The position numbers were made by a program, and so were the translations under genes. This document shows positions 1-11,000 of a DNA stretch of 54,950 bases, piece by piece. The notes under the pieces were generated by a model that saw nothing but the letters and a program-made list of their open reading frames with translations, did not search any database and was not told the DNA's origin. Origin of the DNA: an uncultured virus (IMG/VR IMGVR_UViG_3300044641_006340). Taxonomy: Duplodnaviria; Heunggongvirae; Uroviricota; Caudoviricetes. The stretch lies in IMG/VR virus record IMGVR_UViG_3300044641_006340, one strand, 5' to 3'. Position 1 is the first letter of the stretch. Every line of letters starts with the position of its first letter.

Positions 1-1298
1 TCAGTAAGAGTAACGCCAAATTCTTTGAGAGATTCAATAGTCTCTGCTCGTTGAACACGAGTAAAAATAGTTCTTAGGCCGGTAGCGATAGTTTCGGCGC
101 TTTCGCGAGTAGTAGCTCGTATACTAGTAAATACAGCAATAAACTCGTTAAGAGCATCTGTACCAGTACTAACTCCTTTGCTGGCAGAAGCAAACACACC
201 ACCAGTACGCTGAATAGCCGTAATAATATCACTAGCTTCTACAGCAAATTTAGCAGATACTGCGTTGACGCTGCCCAGAGCCATCTCTAATTGATTTGCT
301 CCAATACCAAACTGTCTCATAAGAGCAATAGAACCTTCTACCGTCTGATTCATATCGTCAAAAGACGGAGCCAATGCGCTAAGAGCTAGAGCCCTAAGTG
401 CCGTTGCAGTATCTTTTGCTGTTAAACCAGCCTGAGCTAATGTTACCGTAGTTTTGGTTAGTTCAGCCGAACTAGCACCTAATGTAGTAGATAAATTAGT
501 AATAGTGTTGGCAACAGCTCCCAACTCATTTTTTGCATCTCCAGTAACCTGAGCAATTCTTGTCATCTGTAAATCAAAGTCTATAAAGGATGCAACCCCT
601 TGCCTAATAGCATTAGTTAGTCCGTAAACAATACCAGTAACAGTTGTAATAGCTGAAAATCTTCTAAAAGCCAATCCTGACTGACGACCAAATTCTATCA
701 TCTCATTGCTAGCTAGAGCAATACTATTCCTAGCCCCACCAGCGGCTCTTCCAAGATTGCCAACATTCACAGAAGCATTATTAATACTGGCTGCAGCTGT
801 TGATGCTCCTCTCATAGCTGCTGTAAGAGCATTAATTGCTGCTGTGGCATTAGTTGCTGATGCTGTTATCTGATTAAGGTTATTATTTAAAGCTCTTAAG
901 TTATTACCATAAGTTGTAACTGCGGCAGTATTAAATCTAACGTTAACATTGGTATTGATTGATCCTAATTGACGTCTGATATCAGAAGCTACTGCTCGTA
1001 TTGAAGATTGGTTGGCTCTTACATTAACATTAGCTGTAACCCCTCCTAATTGTCGTCTTATATCAGCACCAATACTTCTTAATGATGCTGTATTAGCTCT
1101 TATTTTAACATCAGAAGTTATATTAGATAATTGACTCCTAATTGTACTAGCAATAGTACGAATAGATTGTCTATTGACTGTTGGAGTAATGTTTACGGAT
1201 ACTGATCCTACTTGTCTACGAATATCTGCTACTACTGTCCTAATATTAGAGGGACCACGTAGATTCAGCTCTGCTGTTAGATTAAATCCTTTGCTCAT
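1..1298 (-). CDS. Tail tape measure protein, TP901-like; 5' part only, runs off the window edge
   Basis: Not in the ORF track. Hand translation from ATG 1298 (RBS AGGA) gives MSKGFNLTAELNLRGPSNIR...FIDFDLQMTRIAQVTG...LAQAGLTAKDT...FAVEASDIITAIQRTG...ESAETIATGLRTIFTRVQ, open to the edge. The Ala/Thr-rich core and position after tube and chaperones fit a TMP. Confidence 0.9.
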   Translation of the reverse strand, partial: MSKGFNLTAELNLRGPSNIRTVVADIRRQVGSVSVNITPTVNRQSIRTIASTIRSQLSNITSDVKIRANTASLRSIGADIRRQLGGVTANVNVRANQSSIRAVASDIRRQLGSINTNVNVRFNTAAVTTYGNNLRALNNNLNQITASATNATAAINALTAAMRGASTAAASINNASVNVGNLGRAAGGARNSIALASNEMIEFGRQSGLAFRRFSAITTVTGIVYGLTNAIRQGVASFIDFDLQMTRIAQVTGDAKNELGAVANTITNLSTTLGASSAELTKTTVTLAQAGLTAKDTATALRALALSALAPSFDDMNQTVEGSIALMRQFGIGANQLEMALGSVNAVSAKFAVEASDIITAIQRTGGVFASASKGVSTGTDALNEFIAVFTSIRATTRESAETIATGLRTIFTRVQRAETIESLKEFGVTLT

Positions 1299-1310
1299 AT
1301 TTTATATCCT

Positions 1311-1350
1311 AAAAAAAGAACACCATGCAAACGCTATGTCGCATGGTGCT
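1311..1350 (-). terminator. Rho-independent terminator-like hairpin just upstream of the TMP RBS
   Basis: CACCATGC (1321-1328) pairs with GCATGGTG (1341-1348), followed on the minus strand by TTCTTTTTTT. Confidence 0.7.
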
Positions 1351-1381
1351 CAAGATTGTGAAACTCAAATTATATAGAAAA

Positions 1382-2272
1382 TTACTCTGTCTTGGGAGTC
1401 TCTGTTGTTGGTTGCGGTGAAGTTTCTGGTGTTTTAGTTTCATCAGTTTTCTTTTCTTCCGTAACTGGTTTTTCTTCATCCAAAACAACTGGTTTACCTT
1501 CGTCATCAAGGAACGGTTCTGATTCTACAACATAATCTCCATCAGCATCTACCCTATTGCCATACTTATCAACATAACTACCTTGTTCGTCGATGTATCG
1601 TCCTCTCTCGTCAATAAGTCTGCCGTCGGCGTCCACCAAACGACCCTTCTTATCAATCAAGCGAAGTTTTTCATCAACAAACTTATACTTCTGTAAAAAC
1701 TTATTTTCTGGTAAGCCTTTTTCAAAGTTATTATCCAGTCCATAAATCATGTTAGCCAATTTTTGAGCACCTAATAGAGCTACTGGGTCGTCAGCCTTAT
1801 TAAGATAGTCTTCCAAATTTTTAAAGTATAGATCATTACTATCTTTATACACCACACAAGCTGATACTAGGTAGTTAAATCTGGCGTTATCTGCTTGACC
1901 TTCTGCACTATGGTTATCTAGACTTGTGCGAACACTAATAAGGTCTCTAATTTCTGCTCTAACATTTTTCATTTCTAGAGCTAGCTTTTTAGCCTCATTT
2001 AAGCTGAAACCACCCTTAGCCAGACGCTTTTCTCCATCTAGCAATTCTTGTTGCAGAGTGGTGAACTTGGCCTGTTTTTCGCTATTCCATAAACCCTGTT
2101 CTTCTAGAAGGTCATCCATCTTAGCTCTCACTATACTCTTGCTTTTAATAGCATCAGTGAAAGCTTGATTATATGCTTTCTGGGCTTCCCTTTGATCATT
2201 TAATGAGGGTGAACGAACAGCATAATGCTTTTCAACGCCATCTACAACAACACTAAAATTTTCTGTTTTCAT
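1382..2272 (-). CDS. Putative tail assembly chaperone with C-terminal 7-aa GxxVDxx repeats
   Basis: Lies between tube and TMP; coiled-coil middle; AGGA RBS. Function from synteny only. Confidence 0.45.
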   Translation of the reverse strand: MKTENFSVVVDGVEKHYAVRSPSLNDQREAQKAYNQAFTDAIKSKSIVRAKMDDLLEEQGLWNSEKQAKFTTLQQELLDGEKRLAKGGFSLNEAKKLALEMKNVRAEIRDLISVRTSLDNHSAEGQADNARFNYLVSACVVYKDSNDLYFKNLEDYLNKADDPVALLGAQKLANMIYGLDNNFEKGLPENKFLQKYKFVDEKLRLIDKKGRLVDADGRLIDERGRYIDEQGSYVDKYGNRVDADGDYVVESEPFLDDEGKPVVLDEEKPVTEEKKTDETKTPETSPQPTTETPKTE

Positions 2273-2292
2273 ATTAATATCCTTTTTGGGTT

Positions 2293-2592
2293 TCAGTTTT
2301 GATTATTGTTTTTGTTTACTTTAAAGTTATAGTGGTAGTTACTCTTAAAAACTCCACCATAACGATTAAAATCAACATCTAAGTTTCTAATTTGTTTATT
2401 TCCATGATTTAAAATCTCGTTACGAGTAAAATCCCAAATATCTGCAAACTTTTCTTCCTCTGGAGTTAGTTCTCCATCTTTATCGTAGCCCCACAGAAAT
2501 CCAAAGTTTTGTTCTATCCTAGCAAGAGCGCCTATCATTGTTGTTTCAATTCGACGCTCCATATAAAATTTTAATCGTTCTGGTTCATACAT
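2293..2592 (-). CDS. Hypothetical protein (tail region)
   Basis: 99-aa ORF tightly packed in the operon. Confidence 0.6.
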   Translation of the reverse strand: MYEPERLKFYMERRIETTMIGALARIEQNFGFLWGYDKDGELTPEEEKFADIWDFTRNEILNHGNKQIRNLDVDFNRYGGVFKSNYHYNFKVNKNNNQN

Positions 2593-2595
2593 AAA

Positions 2596-3630
2596 TTATC
2601 TTCCTTTTTCCCTAAGTTGTTGCATAAGTCTTTGTTTTACATCTGGCAATTCGCCGTCTCTTACATTTCCTCTTGTCATAACAGTATCAACTTTAGTTTT
2701 TACTATATTCAAAGATTCCTTATTATTTAATCCCAAAATATCCTGTGCTTGATCCTTGTTGCCAGCCATCAAGAATACTTCGCTGGAATTCTTAATCTTT
2801 CCTGTCAACATACTATCTACACCTTTTTCCTTCTTTTGAAGATCATTTTTTTGTTTTTGAAAGATCATCCAGCCATCTAAAGCGTCGTCATCATTAATAA
2901 TATCGTCTTGAGGACACTCTGGATGTTCATATATCTTATCATACATGCAAGATATATTTACCAAACTTTTTTGTTCTTCTGACCATTCGCTAACAGTACC
3001 ACTTATAACATTAGTTTTATTATTGCTCCAATAATTTCTCCAATAATCACATCTTGCTAATTTTTTATATGTGGATACATCTATCATATGTTTAGAAATT
3101 GTAGACACAATATTATTAAATTTTAAATAGTCAATATTGTTATATTGAAATATTAGCTCATTATTTTTGTTATATAATGTATGACTAATAATAAATTCAT
3201 GTCTACTATTATCGCAATAGTGCTCCAGCGTCAAGAAATCTAAGCTGTGTTGCTTGGAATATATGCTATCAATATCACTCTTTAGATTAGTTAAACGATT
3301 TTTTATCTTAGCTCGTTTGGTTGTATCAAAATAATTTTGAAAAAGATCAACTTTAGCATTTTCTAAACTTTTCTCAATTTTTTGTAATATTTTTTTACTA
3401 TCATAATATAGTATATTTAATTCAATTAATAAATTTTCTACATCTTCTAGTGATAAAAAATTATTATTATATAAATTATCTTCATATGTTGAAGAATATA
3501 AAAAATCTGCTTCCATCTTAATTTCTAGAGATGGTTTCCTAAGCTCATAAAAGATATCATCAAAAACAAATATTAATTTGCCAGATAATATTCTGTGTAT
3601 TAATTTTTCATTGTTCCTGGATTCATTCAC
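2596..3630 (-). CDS. Hypothetical protein, possible tail assembly chaperone
   Basis: 344-aa helical ORF with a GTGA overlap with the upstream 50-aa gene. The C-terminal motif IYEHPECPQDDIINDDDALDGW resembles pre-TMP chaperones. Confidence 0.45.
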   Translation of the reverse strand: MNESRNNEKLIHRILSGKLIFVFDDIFYELRKPSLEIKMEADFLYSSTYEDNLYNNNFLSLEDVENLLIELNILYYDSKKILQKIEKSLENAKVDLFQNYFDTTKRAKIKNRLTNLKSDIDSIYSKQHSLDFLTLEHYCDNSRHEFIISHTLYNKNNELIFQYNNIDYLKFNNIVSTISKHMIDVSTYKKLARCDYWRNYWSNNKTNVISGTVSEWSEEQKSLVNISCMYDKIYEHPECPQDDIINDDDALDGWMIFQKQKNDLQKKEKGVDSMLTGKIKNSSEVFLMAGNKDQAQDILGLNNKESLNIVKTKVDTVMTRGNVRDGELPDVKQRLMQQLREKGR

Positions 3631-3779
3631 ATTACATTATCTTTAGAAATAATAGAAGCCTGCAAGCTAGAAATATCTTTTTCTCGATCTTCTAGTTTCT
3701 TTTGCAGGCTTTCTATAATTTTCTGACTCTGTATTAGATCCAGATACATCTTGCCAATTACGGCAAATATATCATCCAT
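3627..3779 (-). CDS. Small coiled-coil protein (50 aa)
   Basis: Below the track cutoff: MDDIFAVIGKMYLDLIQSQKIIESLQKKLEDREKDISSLQASIISKDNVM*, with a GAGG RBS; fills the gap after the tube gene. Confidence 0.75.
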   Translation of the reverse strand: MDDIFAVIGKMYLDLIQSQKIIESLQKKLEDREKDISSLQASIISKDNVM

Positions 3780-3800
3780 AAGTTTCCTCTCGACTATTTA

Positions 3801-4847
3801 TTAGTAATCTGTGCTGGGCACTGGTAGACCAGCTTCAACTACATCTGCAAATGTTTGACCAGCTCCTGTTGGAGGAGTATAATCAAAATCGTTATAGGTT
3901 CTGTAGCTATAAGTGATTGTAGCATTACCACCGCCAGTATCTCCACCAGTAAAGTTAACACTTGTTAGCTTGTTCTTGGCTCCAAGGTCAATAACTGTAC
4001 CATCACAAAGAACAATCTTGATTTCTTTGTTGTTAAGAGCTTTGGGGTTGCTGCAAGCTGTGTTTGCTGCCCCATCAGCTCCTACCATATCACCCTCTGT
4101 TGCTGTTACTTCGATTTCTGTTGAAACCTCAACAGGAAACTTGATATAACGATAGTATGGGGTTCTACTACCAAGTTCACGAATCTGTTCACGACCAAGC
4201 TGCATACTAACTTTGACGCTATTAATCTTGGCGCCCGAAGGAATACCACCCTTATTGGAGCCAGTCACTCCATCACCTGCTCCTGTTGGTAGCACCGAAG
4301 ACTTGCTCCACAAGCCACGACGAAGAATACCCACACCAGTTGTTGATGCTAGAGTAGGTTGCGTATTGGCAGCGGACAATCCTGTTAGCCAAACCTTGTC
4401 GTTGCTAACTAGAGTAACCTCTTCTGTAAAATTGCCTTCTGTTGGGAAATTATAACTAACAGATGATAGATAGGAAGGATTACACTGAACACTAGCTAAT
4501 GGAATACCGGTAGCACTCTCATTAGTGTCTGGATAAAGATTGAGTTTAACGCCGCAACGATTATTTGCTAAATTAACAAGCTTACCACTTCCCATGGTCA
4601 TAGCATAAATGGTCTGCTGTCCGTCTAAAACCTTATTAAGAGTAACTTCTACTTCAGGGATCTCTTCATAGTTGTCGTATAGTTCTAGCTGACCAAGCTG
4701 ATAAACTGGCTCAAGATTAAAGTTGGTGTTCATACCAACGCTTTGTAGACCTTGAACAGTGTCGAAGTCCGGATTTTTTGTTAATTTAGTGCCTGATGGT
4801 CCAGCAATTTGTACTGATTGAACGGCATAAAATAGACGATTGGCCAT
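3801..4847 (-). CDS. Major tail tube protein
   Basis: 348 aa, beta-rich, with tube-like motifs (VQGLQSVGMNTNFNLEPVYQLG; SMQLGREQIRELG); strong GGGAG RBS; synteny. Confidence 0.75.
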   Translation of the reverse strand: MANRLFYAVQSVQIAGPSGTKLTKNPDFDTVQGLQSVGMNTNFNLEPVYQLGQLELYDNYEEIPEVEVTLNKVLDGQQTIYAMTMGSGKLVNLANNRCGVKLNLYPDTNESATGIPLASVQCNPSYLSSVSYNFPTEGNFTEEVTLVSNDKVWLTGLSAANTQPTLASTTGVGILRRGLWSKSSVLPTGAGDGVTGSNKGGIPSGAKINSVKVSMQLGREQIRELGSRTPYYRYIKFPVEVSTEIEVTATEGDMVGADGAANTACSNPKALNNKEIKIVLCDGTVIDLGAKNKLTSVNFTGGDTGGGNATITYSYRTYNDFDYTPPTGAGQTFADVVEAGLPVPSTDY

Positions 4848-4871
4848 GTTAGCTCTCCCTGTCGAATATGG

Positions 4872-5834
4872 TTATAAAATAACTTCTGCGGTTAATCTTA
4901 AAGTACACCAATATAAATTTTTATTTGTGGTTTCCATATCCAATATGGATATTTCTTTAAAAAAGCATTTATTCCATAAATATTCTGGATTATTCACTAA
5001 ATCACTGTAATTTTTACCATTAATATTAAGACTTCCTTTGTGATCTAAAGGATTAGCTCCGCTTTTGACCACTTTTAAACTATCATATAGTCTAATCACC
5101 TTTTCTTTTTGAAATCTAATTATATCTGTAATTTTAATCTTATCATGATAATTTTCAGCAAAAACATGTAATAAAATATCTTGATCAACAGCAAAATCAT
5201 GAGATCCCATTTGCCATGGTTTAGAATAGCTTCTAGCAATTGGTTCTATTATTATGCAGGGCATCTGGATTCTGTGACTTGATGATACTTGATAGTCTCC
5301 CTTATTCTTTAGATTAATATCTGGTACCGGAGAATATGATTCACCCTGGAGTTGTGTTAAAAACTCATTGGATCCACCTTTTAAAACTTGGCACCATCGA
5401 TATGAATATTCTAATTTAACCGGTGTGGAAGCTGCTAAAGGCTTATTAAACACTATCTGTCCTAATGGATAATTGATATTATAACCAATCGTACCGGAAC
5501 CTGTTGGGGACGGATAAAAAGTATTGGAAACATAAACTCCCGAGATTCGATTGGGGGAAGTGCCGTTATATGATACTCCTGTTTCCCAAACCCACTCTTT
5601 CTTTGGAGCTTGCCACACTTGTCCCGGTGTGTATCCGGGCTGGTCGCTACTCTTTAGATCACTAAAATTTCCGCCAAAAAGACCACTATTAGGAATCTTA
5701 ACATTAACAAACCCTCCGATATTCAAAAATCCCCAATCTAAAAACGTCTTTATATTCTCTTCTAATTGACTAATTAATTGATGATCATTAAGAGATGTTA
5801 CATTATTAAATCTTGTATAATTTTCGCAACTCAT
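4872..5834 (-). CDS. Putative tail completion/terminator protein
   Basis: Immediately upstream of the tube gene; the C-terminal half (MPCIIIE...DILLHVFAE) fits a terminator-like fold. Confidence 0.5.
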   Translation of the reverse strand: MSCENYTRFNNVTSLNDHQLISQLEENIKTFLDWGFLNIGGFVNVKIPNSGLFGGNFSDLKSSDQPGYTPGQVWQAPKKEWVWETGVSYNGTSPNRISGVYVSNTFYPSPTGSGTIGYNINYPLGQIVFNKPLAASTPVKLEYSYRWCQVLKGGSNEFLTQLQGESYSPVPDINLKNKGDYQVSSSHRIQMPCIIIEPIARSYSKPWQMGSHDFAVDQDILLHVFAENYHDKIKITDIIRFQKEKVIRLYDSLKVVKSGANPLDHKGSLNINGKNYSDLVNNPEYLWNKCFFKEISILDMETTNKNLYWCTLRLTAEVIL

Positions 5835-6475
5835 ATATTATTCTCTATTTCTTTTTGTATAAGATTGGGTATAATAGTGTCTAGTCTTGTTAATGCTCTC
5901 GTGACCCAGTTGTTAGTTTTGGTGCCTGCAAATTCTGGTGGAACTCTCCAATTCTGTTTGGAGCTTACCATAACAGCCATGCCCGTTCGTGAGTTTGGAT
6001 TAGCTCCAATTTGAACCCTATAATTTTTAATAATAATTTGCCCACCATATAATAACAACCATTCTAACCAAGGTAGTATTGCTCCACTTTTTGAATCCTT
6101 AACGGTCGCTCCAGCTAAACTTAATACATCTCCGTAATCATCTTTTATCATATTTAAGCTAAATCCACCCTTTAAGGTATTGCCTGATATTGTTACCGGA
6201 GTAGTATTTATTACTATATTATTAGACCAAGCGTTTATAATACTGTCTACTGAACTAGAAGGATTAGGTATTCCAAATTCATATTGTAGTTTGCCACCCA
6301 TTAAAGACTGATATTCTGGTTCAGAACTTATGGCTTTCTTAACTTCTTGTGGTATAGTGTTTCTTAAGTTTTTAAGAGCTTTTGAGAAACTATTATCTAA
6401 TACCTCTTTCATTGCAGATAATATCTGATCAACTATCTCAGCATCAGATTCTAATAATTTTAAGTTAATATTCAT
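5831..6475 (-). CDS. Putative neck/tail-completion protein
   Basis: Start reassigned to ATG 6475 (ATGA overlap with the upstream stop); synteny between head closure and terminator genes. Confidence 0.45.
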   Translation of the reverse strand: MNINLKLLESDAEIVDQILSAMKEVLDNSFSKALKNLRNTIPQEVKKAISSEPEYQSLMGGKLQYEFGIPNPSSSVDSIINAWSNNIVINTTPVTISGNTLKGGFSLNMIKDDYGDVLSLAGATVKDSKSGAILPWLEWLLLYGGQIIIKNYRVQIGANPNSRTGMAVMVSSKQNWRVPPEFAGTKTNNWVTRALTRLDTIIPNLIQKEIENNI

Positions 6476-6996
6476 GCTCTTGACCACATTGTTATAATAT
6501 ATTTATTACTACCCAATCCACACGGAGAAGGATCTCCAGCTAAAGCATACGAATGATCTCCATATGATTGAACATTAGTATCAATCTTCATGTATTGAGC
6601 ATTTCTAATTTTGGGCAACAATTCTATCTTACAAACCGTCTGCACCATACCATCAGGAACATTTACTGTTTTGTGCCCCCAATTAAACCAGTACTTACTA
6701 TCAAAAATTACAGCCAGATAAACTATCTCGGACTTAGATTTTTCGACCTTACCATATCCATTACAAATTGAACAAATACCATTCTCTGGGAATGGAACAG
6801 GTCCGGTATTATTATATATATTCAATGATCTATTGTTTATAGGATCAAATAAACAATTATTACACAAGGTGTCGTTGGGGGTGTTATAAGAGATTGAACA
6901 TGGTACTGTGAGAGCATTATTTTCCAATAAGGCATCTATAGCTTGGTCATACAAGCCCTTAAATTCGGGATTAATTAAATTACTAAATATATTCAT
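6472..6996 (-). CDS. Putative head closure (stopper) protein with CxxC...CxxCxG Zn motif
   Basis: LCNNC...ICSICNGYG; GGAG RBS; synteny. Confidence 0.5.
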   Translation of the reverse strand: MNIFSNLINPEFKGLYDQAIDALLENNALTVPCSISYNTPNDTLCNNCLFDPINNRSLNIYNNTGPVPFPENGICSICNGYGKVEKSKSEIVYLAVIFDSKYWFNWGHKTVNVPDGMVQTVCKIELLPKIRNAQYMKIDTNVQSYGDHSYALAGDPSPCGLGSNKYIITMWSRA

Positions 6997-7009
6997 ATTA
7001 GCTCCATAT

Positions 7010-8005
7010 TTACCATGAACTATGAGGTAATCTGCGCCATAAATTTACACCCACACAAAGATACAAATAAGATATATCCCAACATACATCTCCTGGATTA
7101 CCAGAATCTGATGATGACAACGGTGTTCTTCTATCTATGTTAGTGATAATAGGATAAGCAAAGCTCCATTGATTAGTAGAGTTATTGAATGTCCAACCTA
7201 ATTTATCAAGATCGACTATTTGGTTTACGCTATGAGTATGGCCACTAAGAGCATAGTTGCCGGTTGGTTGAGGAACATAGCTCAATGCTCCTGTTATGTC
7301 AGGATAATTTAGATTAACAACCCCGCTTCTATTATTAAAAGTCAACACTCCGCTATTGCCTAAAGAACTGATAATAAGAGTATTTGTATAATCATCAATA
7401 TCAACATTAGTATAGCCACTACCAATAACATTTAAAAAATCATTAACTTCATAATTCAAAACCCTACCATCTCCAACGCTAAGTTTCAGGTTATGGGTAT
7501 GATTAGACAAAGAGTAGCTTCCTGAAGCTTGTTTATTATCCAATATAGTTTGAAGTCCAGAAATTTGAGCTATAGAATGGTTATGAGATATTGCGCTATA
7601 GCTACCACTAATTTGAGGAACATATCCTAAAGCATTTACGATATTATTACGTGTTATAAAAGATGATCCGGCTTGAGTATTAAATACTAATGTCTTTGAA
7701 GAATCGTCATAAACTAGTGTGGTATCACCCGAAGCAGCTATATTAAATAGTTCATTATTAGAAAGGTTAATTCCTATTCTTTGATCAAAACCATCACCAA
7801 TTCTTAAAGTAACTTGTGGATGACTTATCGATGATGGATGAACCTTGACATAATCTAATCCTGACCACGCAGTTAATCCATCTCCTATTTTGAGTCTGCG
7901 AGAATCCGTTTCATATCCGGCTTCTCCGAGAGCAAGAGTGGGGTTCGATCCGCTCCACTCGTTGGAGGATGATCTTCTTAATTTAATTCGAGTATAATCA
8001 CTCAT
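7010..8005 (-). CDS. Fibre protein with Mtd_N / hyaluronidase-type N-terminal domain
   Basis: RIKLRRSSSNEWSGSNPTLALGEAGYETDSRRLKIGDG; HxH fibre repeats; C-terminal GNPGDVCWDISYLYLCVGVNLWRR. Confidence 0.75.
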   Translation of the reverse strand: MSDYTRIKLRRSSSNEWSGSNPTLALGEAGYETDSRRLKIGDGLTAWSGLDYVKVHPSSISHPQVTLRIGDGFDQRIGINLSNNELFNIAASGDTTLVYDDSSKTLVFNTQAGSSFITRNNIVNALGYVPQISGSYSAISHNHSIAQISGLQTILDNKQASGSYSLSNHTHNLKLSVGDGRVLNYEVNDFLNVIGSGYTNVDIDDYTNTLIISSLGNSGVLTFNNRSGVVNLNYPDITGALSYVPQPTGNYALSGHTHSVNQIVDLDKLGWTFNNSTNQWSFAYPIITNIDRRTPLSSSDSGNPGDVCWDISYLYLCVGVNLWRRLPHSSW

Positions 8006-11000
8006 AATTTTTTAACCCCAAGTGTCATCCCACTAATTTCTGGCAATGTCCAAGCTTGATTGGTAGCAGGATTTTTCAAGGCATAATGCTGAAATGTTTT
8101 ATAGCTCGTTTTACTAACATTATACTCCGGCCCTAGCTGATAATAGTCGTCTCTTTCGGTTTTAAACGGTTGAGTTGGCGGAGTAAAATTACTATTGTAT
8201 CTATTGGCTCCATATGTTATTCTAAACTCATCAATATATACTGAACTATCAAAATTTTCATCCGGTAATGAAATTCCAAATGTTTCTTTAGGAGCTGAAA
8301 CTGGAGCATTTAGTCTAGTTACTATTCTAGCTAGTCCTTTGGTAACTCTGAAGTTGTCTATATATAGATTATGAGTTAAATTTGTATTACTATCTCCAAT
8401 AGTGAAACCATTAAAATTGATCGGAAAATTATTATATGTATTAAACCCTCCAAATGGACTAGATACCGACTCATTTTTAAATAGATATAATGGCCAACTA
8501 AAAAAGGGAGTAACGGAGTCTTGACTCGGAACCAAATATAAGAACATATCACCAGCATACTTGGTTATATTCACATAATACCATTTATCCAAAGATATAG
8601 AATACGAACTACCAGTACCGAGTACAGTATTGCCGTTGGTCGTTCTGAAATTGTAAGAAATGCTGTTCGAGTCTGTAACATATATTCGTATAGTCGCTCC
8701 TCCATTTAATGCTTGGAGAGTAATATTATTACTAGTTAAAATATTATAAGTCGTATTAGAATTTGTATTATTTAAATAATACCAAAAATCTATAGTAAAA
8801 TCATCAGAACCAAAATCAAAATCACTACTATTGGCGAAAGATAATGTTTTCCCACCAGTAAAGTATAAACTCTTGTGTCCAAATCTTGATCGATTATTGC
8901 TAAATACCACACCATTATTGTTTATAGTTTTAGGATTGGAAGACAAATCAATAATAGATGGTTTGTTAGACTGAACTAAAAGCGACACATTATTAAAATA
9001 TTCATCTGATGTTTGTAGTGGTTTGGGTTGTCCAATTTTTGGACTTGGCATACTAATGGTGGTGTTTCCATTCCAGTATTCCGAACTTGCTATAATATTG
9101 GCATTGTTGAGAAAATTTAAATTATAAGTTCCTTGGAATATTCCTTGAGTTTCTCTTTGAAAATTCATATTACCATCTTCATTGTAACATAATCTATTGT
9201 CGCAGTCGCTAATAATATATCCTGTATTAGCTACCCCATTTAAAAAACATCTAAAAGCATTTCCTGTTGTTCTTACTACCGCCAAATGATTCCATACTCC
9301 GGTCTGAGCGCCACTAGGAAACAGTAATGTTTTGTCACAATTATTTCCTCTAACAAATGAGACTCCAGTAGTACTAGCCAAAAATTTATAATAACTAGTT
9401 GCACAACTCGTTGGTCGTTGTTCAAAGACATTGGGAGTTCTCTCAAATAAAGATATACTTTGATTATGATTATTAAAATAAATCCAACATTCAATAGTAA
9501 ATGGATTATTAGCTAGATCGCTGTGGTTTATACTAAGATAAGAACTAGTGTCATTAAAATATAAACTACCATTACTAAATTTAGTGTTATTACCTCTTAC
9601 TATAACATTATTATTAGTAATAGATTTTGGAATTTTTGTACTGTCTACTATGGGAGTAGCGTCTCCGTGCAATAATAATGAAACGCTACTTTCCAGAGGA
9701 TCACTAACACCCGACCTAAAAACGTTTACAAATTTAGTATCTAAAAATTTCTTTCGAGCACTATTATAAATCTTCACTCCTCCCACTGCTTCGTTAAGAG
9801 TTTCTCTCCAGATAGAGTTATTATCATATGGGAAACTATAAATTGGACTATTACCTCCATCAACATTAATATAAAGCTGTCTTGAAGAAAAAGCCACAGC
9901 ATCTATAGCTCCGCTATTAATGGCTTCAATACTATTAAGATCGCTATCTAGATAAGACAATGCTTTTCTATGACTAGTAACAAATACAGATGAATTACCT
10001 AATCTCGTAGTAGAGTTTGTGGTCCAATCTTTTATACCATCGGCTCTAAGAACATCATCTATTAAACGAGCTGGTACAGTACCAATAACGTTATTAATAA
10101 ATACTTGTCCAGATACACCAGGAGCTAATTGAGAAACTCTAGCTGTTGATCCAAGCCAATATGATGGTTCTGGCACAGCACTGTCGATCAATACCAAATC
10201 GTCTAAGAGCCAATTTTTCCCAAACATATAGTAAAATGATTGACCCACCTGTGGCCCTATTTGTCCTTGAAACCCAAAGTCTGTCATTGTATTAATAATA
10301 CTACTAGAGTAAGTTCTATTATAGAATCGTAAATTATTAAATTTAAATCCGCTTATTGGTAATCCTATTTCCCAGTCTTCTCTATTTATTTCATTATTAA
10401 AATTTACTACTGGCAAATTAATATCTTCAGCATTAATAAATAGAGTTGGCTCTTCTTGGGATTCATCTACACTAAACTCCAAATGTACCCAGCGACTCAT
10501 AATAGAAGAGTATCCTCTATTAGAAATAGTATGAGCTGGCGTTAATATAGTATTGTTAGTATTATATACTGAAGCAATTCTGTATCCTGTTATGTTATTA
10601 ACTATATTTAAATCAAAATAGCCTAATGTGGTATCGTTCTGTTGTACCTCTAGTGCTAGTGTTTCATTTTTACCATTAATTGATATTAAGTTAGTTAAGC
10701 CTGTTATTTTAACTATATTGACTGTTAATTGCGGTAAATCTCCGCTATTATAACTAAAAAAGGTATGTCTATATGGATAATTAGAATATTCAGTATGTTT
10801 TGACTCTAAGCCCAAACATCTCATAGCTAAATACGTAGTATTTCCTGATGATAAAGGAAAACCACTACACTGTAAGTATGTAGGTATTTCAACACTACTA
10901 GTATTTTCGATCTCAATATTACTAAATGCTAAAAACCCAGGAGGAGAACCAAAACCAGGATAAGCATTATTTCCCACCTCACTGACATTGGTGATATAAG

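Noticed and set aside
3627..3779. Programmed -1 frameshift (G/GT type) fusing the 50-aa and 344-aa ORFs; an inverted repeat AGCCTGCAA/TTGCAGGCT lies in the small ORF
   Set aside because: The -1 frame has TAA stops within five codons upstream of the GTG, and no in-phase slippery heptamer lies at the junction.
3801..6996. Contractile tail sheath gene
   Set aside because: No sheath-sized gene lies between the neck genes and the tube; a myovirus call is unsupported in this window.
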